Source: Lytechinus pictus (Eukaryota). Taken from it: DNA of 64,000 nt. A program made the translations under genes and the position numbers. Of the stretch, positions 41,646 to 54,222 are shown one piece after another (the first letter of the stretch is position 1; each line of letters starts with the position of its first letter). The DNA lies in assembly GCF_037042905.1 (NCBI RefSeq), contig NC_087251.1, forward strand, positions 17,920,001 through 17,984,000. The letters are read 5' to 3'. Below the pieces are notes generated by a model. The model searched no databases. It was not told where the DNA came from and saw nothing but the letters and a program-made list of their open reading frames with translations.

Positions 41646-42581
41646 GGACGTTCCACAGTTATATTTCTGCGCAATATGATCTGCGCATAGTTTACACTCT
41701 GCGCGCTGACGTCACAATGGATGAACAGGTGATTAATTAGCTGCGGGTATGAGCTGATTTTTCTCATCTTCTGCACTTTAACTGCAGATCCGATGTGTTA
41801 TTTCATGAAGCTAAAAAATTGAATTATTCCATGGACCATTCAAAAAAATATTCTCTACAATTTCAAGATACTTCACTCTGCAGTGCTGCCAAGAATCACG
41901 AATATTAACCCGAGTTTGAATAAATGGTAGAGTGGTTTTGATTTTTTCTTCACATAGATACTAAGCATTCGGCCCATTTTTGGTGTTTTAAAAAGCACAT
42001 TTGCTCTAATAAAAATGCTGATAGTTTAAAAACAAGCACATGAACCCCTATTTTTTAATGTTTGTACCTCTTAGGTATACCTTCCTCTACAACTCTGCAA
42101 ATTTTGGTGAAAATGACATGGATTTTGAATAAAGTGCAGCATTTATTGTACGTTTGTAGTTTGTTACTGAAATTTTACATTTTTTAGATTGGGATTTTGT
42201 TATCTTTTACGCCATTTTTAAGAACTGACAGTGCTGTTAAACTTAAAATTGCAAACAAATAGCACTATTGATAGATTCTCCATTCTAACGATACAATTAT
42301 TAACTCTCATGCGAAATTTGATGACTTTTTCATGTATTTTGACTGAGTAATGGAGGTTTAAACTCATTGTAGTAATCTTGGGCGGTCTAAAAATGCCAAA
42401 TTCTTTTGAATGCGCAATTCTTAAGAACATCAATTCGGGTGAACTTTGAAGCTCTATAGCAAAAAATCAAGCACATGGACCTATGTAAATTTTTGCATAT
42501 TTCGAATATTAAGGTTCTAAAGTATCTATGTGCAAAGTTTGGTGAAAATGACATGGATTTCACTTTAACTGTGGAACGTCC
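41646..42581. mobile_element. TTAA-flanked non-autonomous DNA transposon (Kolobok-like)
   Basis: TTAA|GGACGTTCCACAGTTA...TAACTGTGGAACGTCC|TTAA, perfect 16-bp TIR. Confidence 0.92.
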
Positions 42582-42613
42582 TTAAATGTGTAAAGGTGTA
42601 CATAGTGTACTTG

Positions 42614-43540
42614 AAACTAGCACATCAATGATGTGGAGCTCATCCAGCCTCTCCCAACGAAATTTAACACACTTTTAATTTCAGCCCAGTTGACACTGTA
42701 GTGAATTATATTGGTGACATAAATTGAGGATATAGAATTGAAATTGATGAAGAAATGACATAGAAGCAATTTTTGTGATCTATGAATAAATTTCATATAA
42801 ATTAAGCATAAATAATATTCTAGTAATAATTTCTTAACTCTGTGTAAAACCTTGGTGAACCTCATGTAGCTCTTAGATCGAACAAAAATAATCAAAATCA
42901 ATCAACAAATAAATAAGTATTTTTTGTGAGTTTAGAAAATATATGAATATATTAGCATATAAAATGAGTTTCAAAATTCTGTGTTGAAATTTTGTATCAC
43001 CACCTCGAGCTATCATATAAAGCAAACGAAATTGAAATTGATCGACAAATGAAGAAGACAAAACATTTGCTGTGATTTATGAATAAATTTTGCATAAATT
43101 AGCATAAATAATTTTCTAGACAAAATTTCAAAATTTTGTGTACAAGTTTAGTTAACCTCATGCAGCTCTACCAGATGGAAGAAAAAAAATCAAAATCGGT
43201 CAACAAATAAAGAAGAGGCATTTTCTGTGATTTATGAATAAATTTTGCATAAATTAGCATAAATAATTTTCTACTGAAAATTTTAAAATTCTGTGTAAAA
43301 GTTTGGTGAACCTCATGAAGTTCTACCAGATGGAAGAAAAAAATCAAAATCGGTCAACAATTAAAGAAGAAGCATTTTATGTGAATTTTTAAAAATACGC
43401 ATAAATTAGTATATTTAATGAGTTTCAAAATTCTGTGTAGAATTCTTGAAATGGCGAGGAAGAAGCATTTTGAAATTGTGGACGGACAACAGACGACACG
43501 CCATAAGCTCATCTGGCCCTTCAGGCTGGATGAGCTAAAA
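42614..43540 (+). mobile_element. Helentron-associated element, family B, AT-rich tandem cores
   Basis: 5' subTIR AGCTCATCCAGCC, repeated AT-rich cores, GGAC/GAC microsatellite, 3' hairpin AGCTCATCTGGCC-cttca-GGCTGGATGAGCT plus A-run. Confidence 0.85.
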
Positions 43541-43623
43541 ATTATAGTTATCCTCATCATTACTGAAAAAAACAGTTTCTTTTAATTCTTCTACACCACT
43601 GACATCAGCCATATGGATGCCTG

Positions 43624-44050
43624 AAAGTCTGCTTCATCTTTGAACCCAATTCCATATTGAAAATCAGTTCAATCAAATCATATCTGACGCACAATTTTAA
43701 AGTAGCAATACACAATATTCCCACCGGTGGACGTTATTAGATGTGAAAAGCATTATGAAATTTTCTTAATAGGTGGCAGCTCTGACAATTGCTGGCCCAA
43801 GGTCTAACAGGTAAATGGTCTCAAGACGGCTTAAAAAAGTCTGCTTCATCTTTGAACCCAATTCCATATTGAAAATCAGTTCAATCAAATCATATCTGAC
43901 GCACAATTTTAAAGTAGCAATACACAATATTCCCACCGGTGGACGTTATTAGATGTGAAAAGCATTATGAAATTTTCTTAATAGGTGGCAGCTCTGACAA
44001 TTGCTGGCCCAAGGTCTAACAGGTAAATGGTCTCAAGACGGCTTAAAAAA
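43624..44050. repeat. Tandem duplication, 2 x 212 bp, apparently identical
   Basis: GTCTGCTTCATCTTTGAACCC starts at 43627 and 43839. Confidence 0.95.
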
Positions 44051-46545
44051 TTGTATGTTTGATGTGAAGCTGGCAGATTTAAAATCTGTCATACTTGTAA
44101 GTTTAGTTGTAACAAAGGTCTAAATTTATTCAAAAATAAAGAGGTCATCGTTATTCAAGTGTATGCATTCCATTCATGTGCAAGGAGAATTCACCGGCTA
44201 TAAAATTAACAATTAATATTGATGACACTGATGGGACAATCATTTTCAAGATGATCTGATCATATGAAGAGAGCTCTGTTTCAGAAGTGGTACTGAAGGA
44301 AGATATATTCATTCAAATCAGCAAAGGTGACGATGAAGATTAAAAAGGCTAGCGGTCTATTACTTTCATTTTATTTTGTTATTCTTGACCATATCATCCC
44401 CTAATATGATTCCCAAAATACTTTGATGTAATACAATTATGAAAAAATTATTTCAAGACTGAAATCTCTTTTCCAGTTTCCTTCTCGTATATATTTTTTC
44501 CTTCACGCTCACTCTGTTCTTTTTTAATCCCCTTGCTCTTCCAACTTCTTTCCTCTTGTTTATCTCAATTATTCCCACCCCTTCCTGTTCTTCTTCTCTT
44601 CCCCATCCTTTTCTTGACCTCTTTTAAATGCAAGTGACAAGAAGCGAATTCATAGATTCTGGAAATCTAAGTAAGCAAACAACACGAGCCAGGCTCAGGT
44701 TACACAAGTGTCCCAAATAGAATTTCCCATTAATTCATGGGAGAGAAAGCTGCATTAAGTTTAACCAAGTCCCCTAATCCTTTCTCAGAGACTGTCACCC
44801 CTTCTTGAGGGAGCACTATCCATAATTCATGAGGGTTTTCCACGTTCTTGGGTTTGCCACCTGTCTCTTTTCCTATCTAGTCCCTGTTTTGAGTTGGAAA
44901 CACTTTTCTGCTTGCTTAGAGAAGAGAGAAATCCCTAACCTCTAATTTCCATACAACGTTGTGTGTATAAATGCATGAAATTCAAAGGGAGTAATCCCTG
45001 CCTTGATTTGATGGAAAGGATAAGGTCGGTTTTGAAGAGAGGATTATGAGAAAGACATTAAACGTGGTGCCGTGGGGGGGGGGGGTAAAAATAAAGAGGA
45101 AAATAAGAAAAGGAATAGAATATTTACAATAAAACAATTTGTGTCTTCGACAATTCTACCCCATTCTATCCACTGTACATGTCACTCAATGGGTATCATA
45201 AATCTAGCATAACTAGATGACTAAAATACCCGAAACAATGATGAAGATATTCAGAAGCATTTGTCTCTGTCTCTCCTTTCTCTATCTTTTCTTTCTTTCT
45301 TTCCCCTATCTGTCAACCTCTCTCTCTCTGCTGTTCCTCCTTCCCTCTCTCGCTTTAATTTTCAATTGGTATTTTCAGTCATACATTGTTGTCTCTTCTA
45401 ACATCAACCTTCAGCCAGCCGGCTATCCAAATAAAGTTCATGTACTGTTCTTCTTCCAGTCATCATTCAATTTCAAAATGAGAACAAATTCATCCCCTAT
45501 CCTCATCAACATTGCCATACTAGTAATCTACATAAAAATTTGGTAAGTTTGAGTTTGAAAGAGGCTTCGGACACCATCGTACATAAGTACAAAGAGCAAT
45601 TCTCGGTACAATTTCCATGGACCTACAATGCATGCACCTACAAAGCATGAATTAATCGCCCACTTCTCTCTCTATTCTCTCTCATCGTAATCTTTCCTTC
45701 ACTCTCCTACAACTAAGCAATATCTTTCATGCCATTTTATTTCTAAACTGTGTACCTGAATGTCTGACATTCCTGTAGACAGGAACTTTTCGCAAAAACG
45801 ATCACTCAATTACAATAATTCTAATGAGACTCATTGCATCACAATTACCACACACAATGCCAGGACCCCATCTAACAAAGAGTTGCAACAGTCTATATGC
45901 ATTGATGTAATTGCAGCACCATCTAAGAGTATGAAGCCATTGCTTTGCACCAATTTGCGTTGGTGAACTGCAGCTGGCACATCTCTGACAACTCTGTTGG
46001 CATGTTTTGTGATGTCATATGCATTGATCCAATCAATCACAATGATGAGAAAGCAAAGCAAAAACAAAACCAATTATTTAGACTACAATACAGTATGTCT
46101 GTTCAAAGTATCCTCCAATATGACAAACACTCATGCAAGAAATATTTTTATCTATAAGTCAGCATGCTCACTTTTGTTCAAAATGGGCAGTGCATTTCAA
46201 GAATTGCCATATCAATGGCCCAAGTTATTTACGGGGTTTTCTTCACAAAACATTTAATCACTTTTTGGTTTGGGCTTCATCTTTAAAGAAGTTGCAATAG
46301 AGTAAAATCAAACTCAAACCAAGAATGACATCACCTCTTCTCTCTTAATTATCAAATTTACTATCAATCTCAGTTTGAGTTTGATCTTAATTACATAATT
46401 CGAGATCAAACTCAGTTGAAATTGATTTTCATCTATTGTAACTCTTTGATAGACAGGCTCCTATATATCTCCACAAAACCACAGCCCTACATTAACCACA
46501 CATACTTACACACACACACACACACACACACAAGGCCTGACATAC

Positions 46546-46666
46546 CTTGCATTTGAAGAGTTGACATTCAGTGAAGAAAGATGATTGGTTTGGACTTGTT
46601 GCCTTAGGTCCCTACTCCTCTCATCCTCATCATGACTAGATAAGATTTCCTCTAGCAACCCCCTTC
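46546..46666 (-). CDS. KIAA0586: TALPID3 coding exon 8 (last exon found; frame remains open)
   Basis: Acceptor ttgcatattcag, donor CAAG|GTATG, phase 1 to 2. GRGLLEEILS resembles vertebrate G.LLEQILN. Confidence 0.85.
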
Positions 46667-48004
46667 CTGAATATGCAACATGAAAGATATTTTATATCTT
46701 ATCATAATTTACCATTCATTCATAATACAAAATGATACTTTAACAAAAATTGATATTTAATATGAGAGTTCATTGTAATTTACTTTCATTATAAAACTTC
46801 TTTCACTCAATATTTTTGTACATCACATTGGTAAACAGATGTATACCCTTACCACCTCCCCCCCCCCCTCAGAATAATAAACATCTAATTATTCATACAG
46901 AGAAATCAAAGTTTCAAACAAATATATATTTGATTACTTCAGGTAACCCAACCATGAAACATTAGAAATATAGGCTTCTCATTTGACAAAATATAGTTCA
47001 GTAGCTGGAAAATAAAATCTGGGGACATGGGGATAGCAAATGATCCCCAGTGCATCTTTCTTCCCATCGCCTTTTCCTTTATTATACTAAACTTTTCCTT
47101 TTAACTTTTGTCTTGTTTTCTCTTAAAATCCTTCTATGTAAACAAGCCCTCCTCTCTCTTACTTCTTGCTTGGTAATGTAAATAGAATTATCTCTGATAA
47201 AAGACTTCCCAAGTCAATTACTGGTTTGCTTAAAAACTGTTTGATGGAGTGACAAGAGAGGGCTCACTTGCTATCAAGGAAAGTTACACATGTAATAGAA
47301 ATCACAAGAATTAGATGAAAAGAGGAGCTTCATCAGATTTGCCACTACCAATTTCTTGATCTAACTAAAAACACATCAAATTTTTTGCCTTTCTAAACAT
47401 CAATACCAATTACTTTTGAATTAAAAAAAAAAGGAAGGAGAAAGAAACAAGTGCGTAATTCATTGGATATTTTTTTTTTGTTAAGCCAAATGTGACTTTT
47501 GATGAGACAAAAATAAAAATTGAGACATTTTGCATCTACTTGAAGCTCACATGAAGTGAAAATGTTTTCATACAGCTTGCCTTCCTTTTCATAACTCTTC
47601 CTCATCAGTTTGCAATGGTAATGAAGTGAATAACTACTGAAGTGATGATATCTGTCTATTTGTATGGCATGACCTTAGGTCCAAACTATAAATTCTTTCA
47701 CAAGATATCAACCATTGTGTTAGTACTGAGAAGTTGTACAGTTACCATTGATATTACTGACTCTCGACTATGACACCATTCTTCACTACTATATATTGCC
47801 TCCCTCTTTTTTCATATTATGGTAACTCCCGTCGGAACTCGACAGGACAGCATTTTGCTGCTAAACGCCAAGCTGGTATATAACAAATTACCTAGCAAAC
47901 ATTTTACGTCTAGGTTAATCAGTCATAGTGGCTGACCTTATTGACGACAGATATTACTTATTACTAATAAGGTGTTGCTAAAATATAATCTGAAGCAATC
48001 TTAC

Positions 48005-48578
48005 CCAGGTGTGACAATCCAGTTGACCTCATCTCCTTTGAGTGTGGTCGAGGTGCATGCCTTCTTGGTGCAGGGGTCTCTAACGGTGATGTCTGGGTAC
48101 CGTGATGTTCCCTGACACCTCCCTGATGGCCCACCTGCTTCTGATTGTCCCTGGATACTTCACCTTGAGGGAGACGGTGTAAAGTCACCACTGGAGTGTA
48201 CTTGACATGTTTCACAGGAGGCTGGGAAGGCTCTCCACCAAATAGCTTGTCAAGGGTAGCCTTAGTTCTTGATGACTGTGGTAAAGTGTTTAGATTTGTG
48301 CTTAACTGTTTAGTCTTGTCAAGGCCATTCTTCAATGTTGGTGACCCTGAAGAGGGCTTTGGATCTGTGCCTGACTGTCCAACTTGTGGTTTCCCATCCT
48401 CCCTTTTATGGAGAACTTCTTTGTCATGTTCTGACTCCTTAGACCTAATGTGACTGGTAGTGGTACCAGCTGAAGTTAGATGGTCAGAGAAGGTATGTAC
48501 CCCTTGATGGTGTGATATTCCATTGGGTGTCTCACTGCTTCCATCTGCATTTCTCTGGGATAATGCTCTTAATTCCGA
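48005..48578 (-). CDS. KIAA0586: TALPID3 coding exon 7
   Basis: Acceptor cttctttttcag, donor CTGG|GTAAG, phase 0 to 1. SPLETPAPRRHAPRP matches the conserved TPAPRRFAPVP motif. Confidence 0.9.
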
Positions 48579-48878
48579 CTGAAAAAGAAGGGTAACATTC
48601 CCGACAAAATAGATTATGAAAGAATGCATTCAGTCAAAAGTAACAGTCAATTCTGTTTTTTTATTTATTTATGCAATCCCTATAACCCACAATAGCTCTA
48701 TTGATACATCATATATAACTGTATCTATCCCAAAATGTGTCATGCAATACCATCAATTTCAAATATTTACCAGCGATAATGTTCTCTTTCAATCAATGAA
48801 TCATTATAAGTAACAATTAAGAAAGATAATTAAACACTAAATCCCTTAAAACAAACTTTTCTTAACGCTTCATCATAC

Positions 48879-49097
48879 CTGCATTTCTTGTTGTTTTCTC
48901 TGCAATTCTTCAAGCTCTCCTAACCTACGTTGTGTCATCTCTCCCAAGTCATGCCGGGCATCATAGCCTCCACCACCCCACCCCGGACCCATAGGATATA
49001 CCCAGGGGAGTGGGGGAGGAGCGCTGTGGCCCACATGCTCTAGGATGGACAGTTTCTCCATTACATTATTCATCTTGGACTCCAAATCACTCTGAGT
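48879..49097 (-). CDS. KIAA0586: TALPID3 coding exon 6 (coiled coil)
   Basis: Acceptor ttttggaatgtag, donor CAG|GTATG, 73 codons. TQSDLESKMNNVMEKLS matches VQSDLEAKVNSVTELLS; RLGELEELQRKQQEMQ matches HLEKLQQQQIDIQ. Confidence 0.92.
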
Positions 49098-49502
49098 CTA
49101 CATTCCAAAATGGAGAAAAGGAATCATACGGAGCAATTAACTTTTAGATGAATTGCCATACAAAATGTTGCACATTCAAATTAAAATTGTGGAACAGATG
49201 ATGTGCAATACAAGTTCTTTTTAGATTTAAAAATAAAAGAAATTTAAGGAATCAGATTTGATAGTTGTAAACTGTATAAATAAAATTAGAATTATAGACT
49301 GATTTTCTAAAACAATATCACTAATTTCTACTGGCTATCAAATAGTCAAGTTTTGATGTATGTCATTTTGATGTTCCAAATGAAAGGTACCTGCATTTAT
49401 ACAATCTCCTGACAGAAAAAAAGATAGTTCTTACAGTTCACATAAAAACCTGTATTAATCATATAAATATCCAAACAATAAATATGTTAATTCCTCTCTT
49501 AC

Positions 49503-49677
49503 CTTCAGAAGGGGGACTGTAGCTGCCACGGCAGCAGCTGCTGCAGCAGTGGCTGTTGCCATGGTACCCGCATCAGATAGAGAGGCACGAGGTTCTTCTG
49601 GTTTTGTTGCTGATGCTCTACCATTTGGTATCAGTTTTGGCTGATAGTAACGCTTTATGGGCTTTGAGCTGTCAGAT
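49503..49677 (-). CDS. KIAA0586: TALPID3 coding exon 5
   Basis: Acceptor ttttgttgtatag, donor AAG|GTAAG, phase 2 to 0. ATATAAAAAVAATVPLLK matches the TALPID3 hallmark AAATAAAIATAAPLIK. Confidence 0.92.
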
Positions 49678-50041
49678 CTATACAACAAAATATCATGCAT
49701 TTATTGGAGCTCCGAGTTGAAAAAAGCCCCATACCAGGGTATCATTAGCACATAAATCATAGAGGATGAAGTGAAAGAAATAGCTTGTGTATATCACCAA
49801 ATACAGATTTAGAATCTCCTTTGGAATCTGCAAATAACACCATATCCAAGTGAAAAGCGATTTCCAATGAGCATCCTACTAGCCCAAGAAACGAGGAAGG
49901 GGTATAAATATTTACATTTTCATATACACTTGGTGTTGACGTAATCAAGAATCAATATTAAAAGAATAAGAAAATATCATGTTTTCTATCCCTAAATACA
50001 AATAAAGTAAAATATAGTTGGCAGGTATGAATTTTGGTTAC

Positions 50042-50202
50042 CTTTTAAGGAGCTGATCTCTCATGACATGTTGGCGTTGACCTTTTGTGAACTGAGTGAT
50101 CCTAACATCCATTGGGTGTCCAAAGGCTGCACTATGAAGTGGAGCATCACGGCTGGTAGGAGCTCCTTGCTTCAGGATACCAGGGCCCTGGCACACAAAG
50201 AT
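50042..50202 (-). CDS. KIAA0586: TALPID3 coding exon 4 (5' boundary uncertain)
   Basis: Acceptor gattgcag, donor AAAG|GTAAC, phase 0 to 2. MDVRITQFTKGQRQHVMRDQLLKR aligns with recalled vertebrate [22 protein letters not shown]. Confidence 0.8.
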
Positions 50203-50803
50203 CTGCAATCAATTGCAACTTTCAAACACTGGTTTCTAATTAGTTGATGGTTGGTACGTTGACAAATACATGTATAAATCTTGATGCAAATTGCATTGAT
50301 CATTACCAGTTTTGTGATCAATCAACCGTTAATTTTGCATTCAAAAGCCCAATGTATTAATCATAGGTATTAAAGTATATACTTACAAACCCTTGACAAA
50401 AAAAAAAAAAAACTTGCACGTTTCTTTACTAGGTGTAGTATTCTTAAAACCAGGGAGACTCTTGAAAAAAATTCTTACTTCATACATATCCAATAGAATG
50501 AATGCATTGGAAATAACTTACATTGTTATGGTAAGTCCTCAACTTAAGACTTGTATTGGTATGGAGATGCAGCCCCATATTAGTACACATTTTCAACTTC
50601 CTTTATTCATAATGTTTTACATTCAAAGTAGGTTTTCAGGTGCTTCAGTTACAGTAAAGAGAGAAAATTTCAATAAGAATAGTTACAAAAAAGAGATATC
50701 TATGCAGAGAGAAAGAGAGAGAGGTAGCGTAGCTGTAATTAATAGAAATTATCATTGTTTGATAAGTCATAAAAACTAGAAATTTTCCAATGATAGAGCA
50801 TAC

Positions 50804-50910
50804 CTTTTTATGTGCATTTTCTTTGTTCATTGTTGAGGACGTGCACGCAGGTAGCTGTTTCACTTCTGGTACTGCTCTGCTACTACTGATCGAGGCCTGA
50901 TCATGATCAC
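50804..50910 (-). CDS. KIAA0586: TALPID3 coding exon 3
   Basis: Acceptor ttttaaatttgcatag, donor AAG|GTATG, phase 1 to 0, open frame GDHDQASISSSRAVPEVKQLPACTSSTMNKENAHKK. Confidence 0.75.
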
Positions 50911-51144
50911 CTATGCAAATTTAAAAGAAAAAGTTATATCAAATGATGAAACAATTCAAAAATTAATTTAAGACAGAAGGACATAAGTCACATACAAAAA
51001 TAATAATAAATCATGTTGACTTAAATTGTGCACCATGTGTTGTTGATTATTTGAACATGTTTAGGCAAGATTTGAAACATTATAAATGCAAAGCTAATGT
51101 TGTTACAGAAATCAATAATGAAATAAAATAGAGTGTTGATTTAC

Positions 51145-51414
51145 CATGACCGTGCTGATTGTTTGACATGGAAGCCCTTGGGATGTTAGAAACGTCACCA
51201 CTCATACTATTTGTAGATACAGCATATGAAACCTGTGCATCTTGGATGTCACCCTTTCTAGAACTTCTGACTTGATCAGCCAAAACATTGTCACCTTTGG
51301 CTGGTGTCACAGTGTTATGCCTCTGTACATCACTAACATCCCTCTGAACAACGTATCCTTCTGGCAAGTTCCCAGGCAGGGCTGGTGGCAGGTATGACGT
51401 GCTATAGGGGCCAT
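51145..51414 (-). CDS. KIAA0586: TALPID3 coding exon 2 (low-complexity, 270 nt)
   Basis: Acceptor ctttcaccatcag|AT, donor CATG|GTAAA, phase 1-1, open frame DGPYSTSYLPP...NNQHGH. Confidence 0.7.
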
Positions 51415-51684
51415 CTGATGGTGAAAGTGAGGCAGCAAACAATGCAAATGGAAAGCATTTACTGTAATTGGAAAATAAAATTTTCTATCACTTGAATAAA
51501 AAAAAACAATCCTAAAATGCTGTGACATTTTTATGTCAAGCAATATAAAATAAATCATCAACTGAAAATTCTTTTTTTCACTTCAACTCTCACTGACGCA
51601 TAATTATTTTGTTCAATTTTTGAATTGAATGATAAACCATCTATGAGATCTCACTATGTAGAAAATGAAAAAAAAAGTTCCTAC

Positions 51685-51904
51685 CTGTCTCAAATGGAGA
51701 CTTCCTTTCTTTCAAATACTTTGCTTTGATGCGAACTCTAGTAGAACCAGAACTTGATATGCTGGAGTTGGCAGAGGAGATATTTGAAGAGTTGTGTTTT
51801 CCATGTTCAGATTGTGACCCATGAGGTGCAGTGGACCTTCTCAAGACTTCACTAGCAGAAGAACTGCTGGAAGTATTGGTGCTGATATTGCTTGGACTTT
51901 CCAT
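51685..51904 (-). CDS. KIAA0586: TALPID3/KIAA0586 homologue, coding exon 1 (exon begins at 51972 with 5'UTR; ATG at 51904)
   Basis: Acceptor ttcttatattgacag before 51972, in-frame TAG upstream of the ATG, donor ACAG|GTAGG (phase 1). MESPSN...SSSSASEVLRRST...RVRIKAKYLKE resembles the N-terminal VL.RST and V..K.LRE motifs I recall from vertebrate Talpid3. Confidence 0.8.
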
Positions 51905-53763
51905 TAAGGATGTCAATGCAGTTGAGGCTATTACAATCGGAGATCCTCCCTAATTACAATCCAAGTATATTCCTGTCAATATAAGAATAACACATGAACA
52001 GAAACTTGTCAATCAAACCTAAATAAACTAACTAAGAAATTAATTCAAAAGAGCTTGCCATTATAACAATGATACTTGGAATATTTCTGCAAATTGAAAC
52101 AAAAAATAGAAGAAAAATATAGGGCTCATGATCAGGTGCGAAGCAAGCAAAGGCAATACATGGGGAAGACTGGATGCTTTGACAACATGTGTAGTGTCCA
52201 CACTTTGTCTTTGATTGTGATCAGGTGTCCCAAACAATAACATACAAAAGTATTAACCTGTCAACAATATCCACCAAGCGATCAGAAGACAAAATATTTC
52301 AATCGTGATCTCACTACTAAAAGACAGAAAAGACAGTGTTTTGGCTACTATGTAACTCTGGTAATGCATGCCACTGCATTGTTAGTGGACTACGCGTAGC
52401 TATTTGAATAACTATTTTTATTCTAATGAAAGAAAATAAGGTCAAGGCTCAATCTAACTGAAAATTTATCTGTTGAAGAAAATTGATGAAAATGTTAGTC
52501 AAACGTTATATCTGTAACTTACAGCCTCTGATTGGCTCATGAATTTGCTCTGTTACCATGAGAACCACTTCATGCTTCTATTTATGCCATGCATGCCATT
52601 GGAATTGAAATACACAGCAAGGCAATATTTCAGCCACAACTTCCTATTTTTTAACATTGAAAGAGCGAAAATATTTCAGTTGTAGGTTTTGACATGTAAT
52701 AGTTAGAAGTAGATCAACATGAAATAGGTCAAACTTGTGTATTTTGTTAAGGCCTGATTTTGTTAGTAAAAAAAGTGACAAACCTTTAGCCTTACATAAC
52801 ATAGCCTATGCCTACACCATTGTTTTTTTTTTTAAGTTTAAATTGTTTTAAAAACTCTTTTGAATAGATGGATTTCAGCTGTCTGGTCTACTCCTAGACA
52901 GGGAAAAGGGGTTGGTCACATCTGATGGAAATACTAGAAGTAATTTATTTATTATTATTATTATTTATTCGACCAATATGAAAAAGTACATACACATTAC
53001 ATCAGAAAAAAAAAATGCGGAAACGGCATGTCTAGACCACTCTTAGTACCAACGATGTCAATACATAAACAGTATTGACCGGATAGGCGACAATAGCGCA
53101 TATACCGGTTGGTCTTTTTGGAACCCATGTATTTAGTAATATTATATGATATTATATCAGATGCCTCAAGAAACAATGAGGCAGAAAGCCGGTGAAACTC
53201 AATATTATAATATAGACTTTAATCATACGCACTCCTAGTACAAATGAGGTCAAAACAGAAGAGTAATGACCTCAAAGGAGAGAATAGTGCGTATACATGT
53301 TCAAGATGGTGCATATTTAGAATTTAGAAAGTCAGCACCCACGGTCACATATGGTGACAAGGCTTGTTGGGAGGGTGTATTGTCTAGTGATTTATCTTTT
53401 TTTTTTCTTTTAATTACGAACCTTTTTTAAAGTGAAATTAGTGTTTAGACATCACAAATTATATCTCAGGTAAAATTTTTGATCAAATATATGTAGATTT
53501 TGAACAATGATGCTCGAAAATCCAACTACATGTACTCTGAGCTGGCAGCTTTTGTCCATGTTATTGACTGAGGTCCAAATCCTGATATTGTTCTTGTCTT
53601 TGGAGTTCATAGTCTAGACCACTCCTAGTACCAATGAGGTCAATACATAAACAGAGGTAGGGGGGACCAGGGGCTGGAAATTTGACAAGCCCCCCCCCAA
53701 AAAAAAAAATTGTTATCAACTAAAATATAACATTTCGACCAAAATAAATTTGACAAGCAAAAA

Positions 53764-54131
53764 AAACAAGGCAAAAGCGATTTTGTGTCTCGCCCACTTA
53801 TGAAAATAACCAGAAATATTGTGACTTGCGAGGGCACGGATCAGAATTGTATTGAAACTTCATTGTGAAATGACTGGGATGGAATAACATTTGTCATAAG
53901 AGCCTTGCATGTAAACTTTAACATTGACCTGAAAATGACCTTTGACCTAACCATGTGACCTCCAACTGCAGCATCACAAGCAGGTCCCCCAAGTCCATCT
54001 ACCATCCAAGTTTGGTTGAAAAGCGACTTACGGTTGTGGAGTTATGTGTCATTAGGTTTGTGACGGACGGACGGACGACGGATGACATTTGGATCCCTAA
54101 GTCTCGCCTTCACCTCTGGTGGGCAAGACAA
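53764..54131 (+). mobile_element. Complete Helentron-associated element, family A, single core
   Basis: Same 5' module, one core, (GACG)n and 3' hairpin. Confidence 0.9.
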
Positions 54132-54222
54132 CAAAAGAAAAATAGAATTTTAATTCGTCGTGAGGACGAATTAGGTGATCTGTCTCTGATTTTCATGATC
54201 ACAAAAACAATCACCATGTTAA

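Noticed and set aside
52552..52565. X-box-like GTTACCATGAGAAC near the TALPID3 start
   Set aside because: Imperfect match and appears to sit in decayed repeat-like sequence; no independent support.
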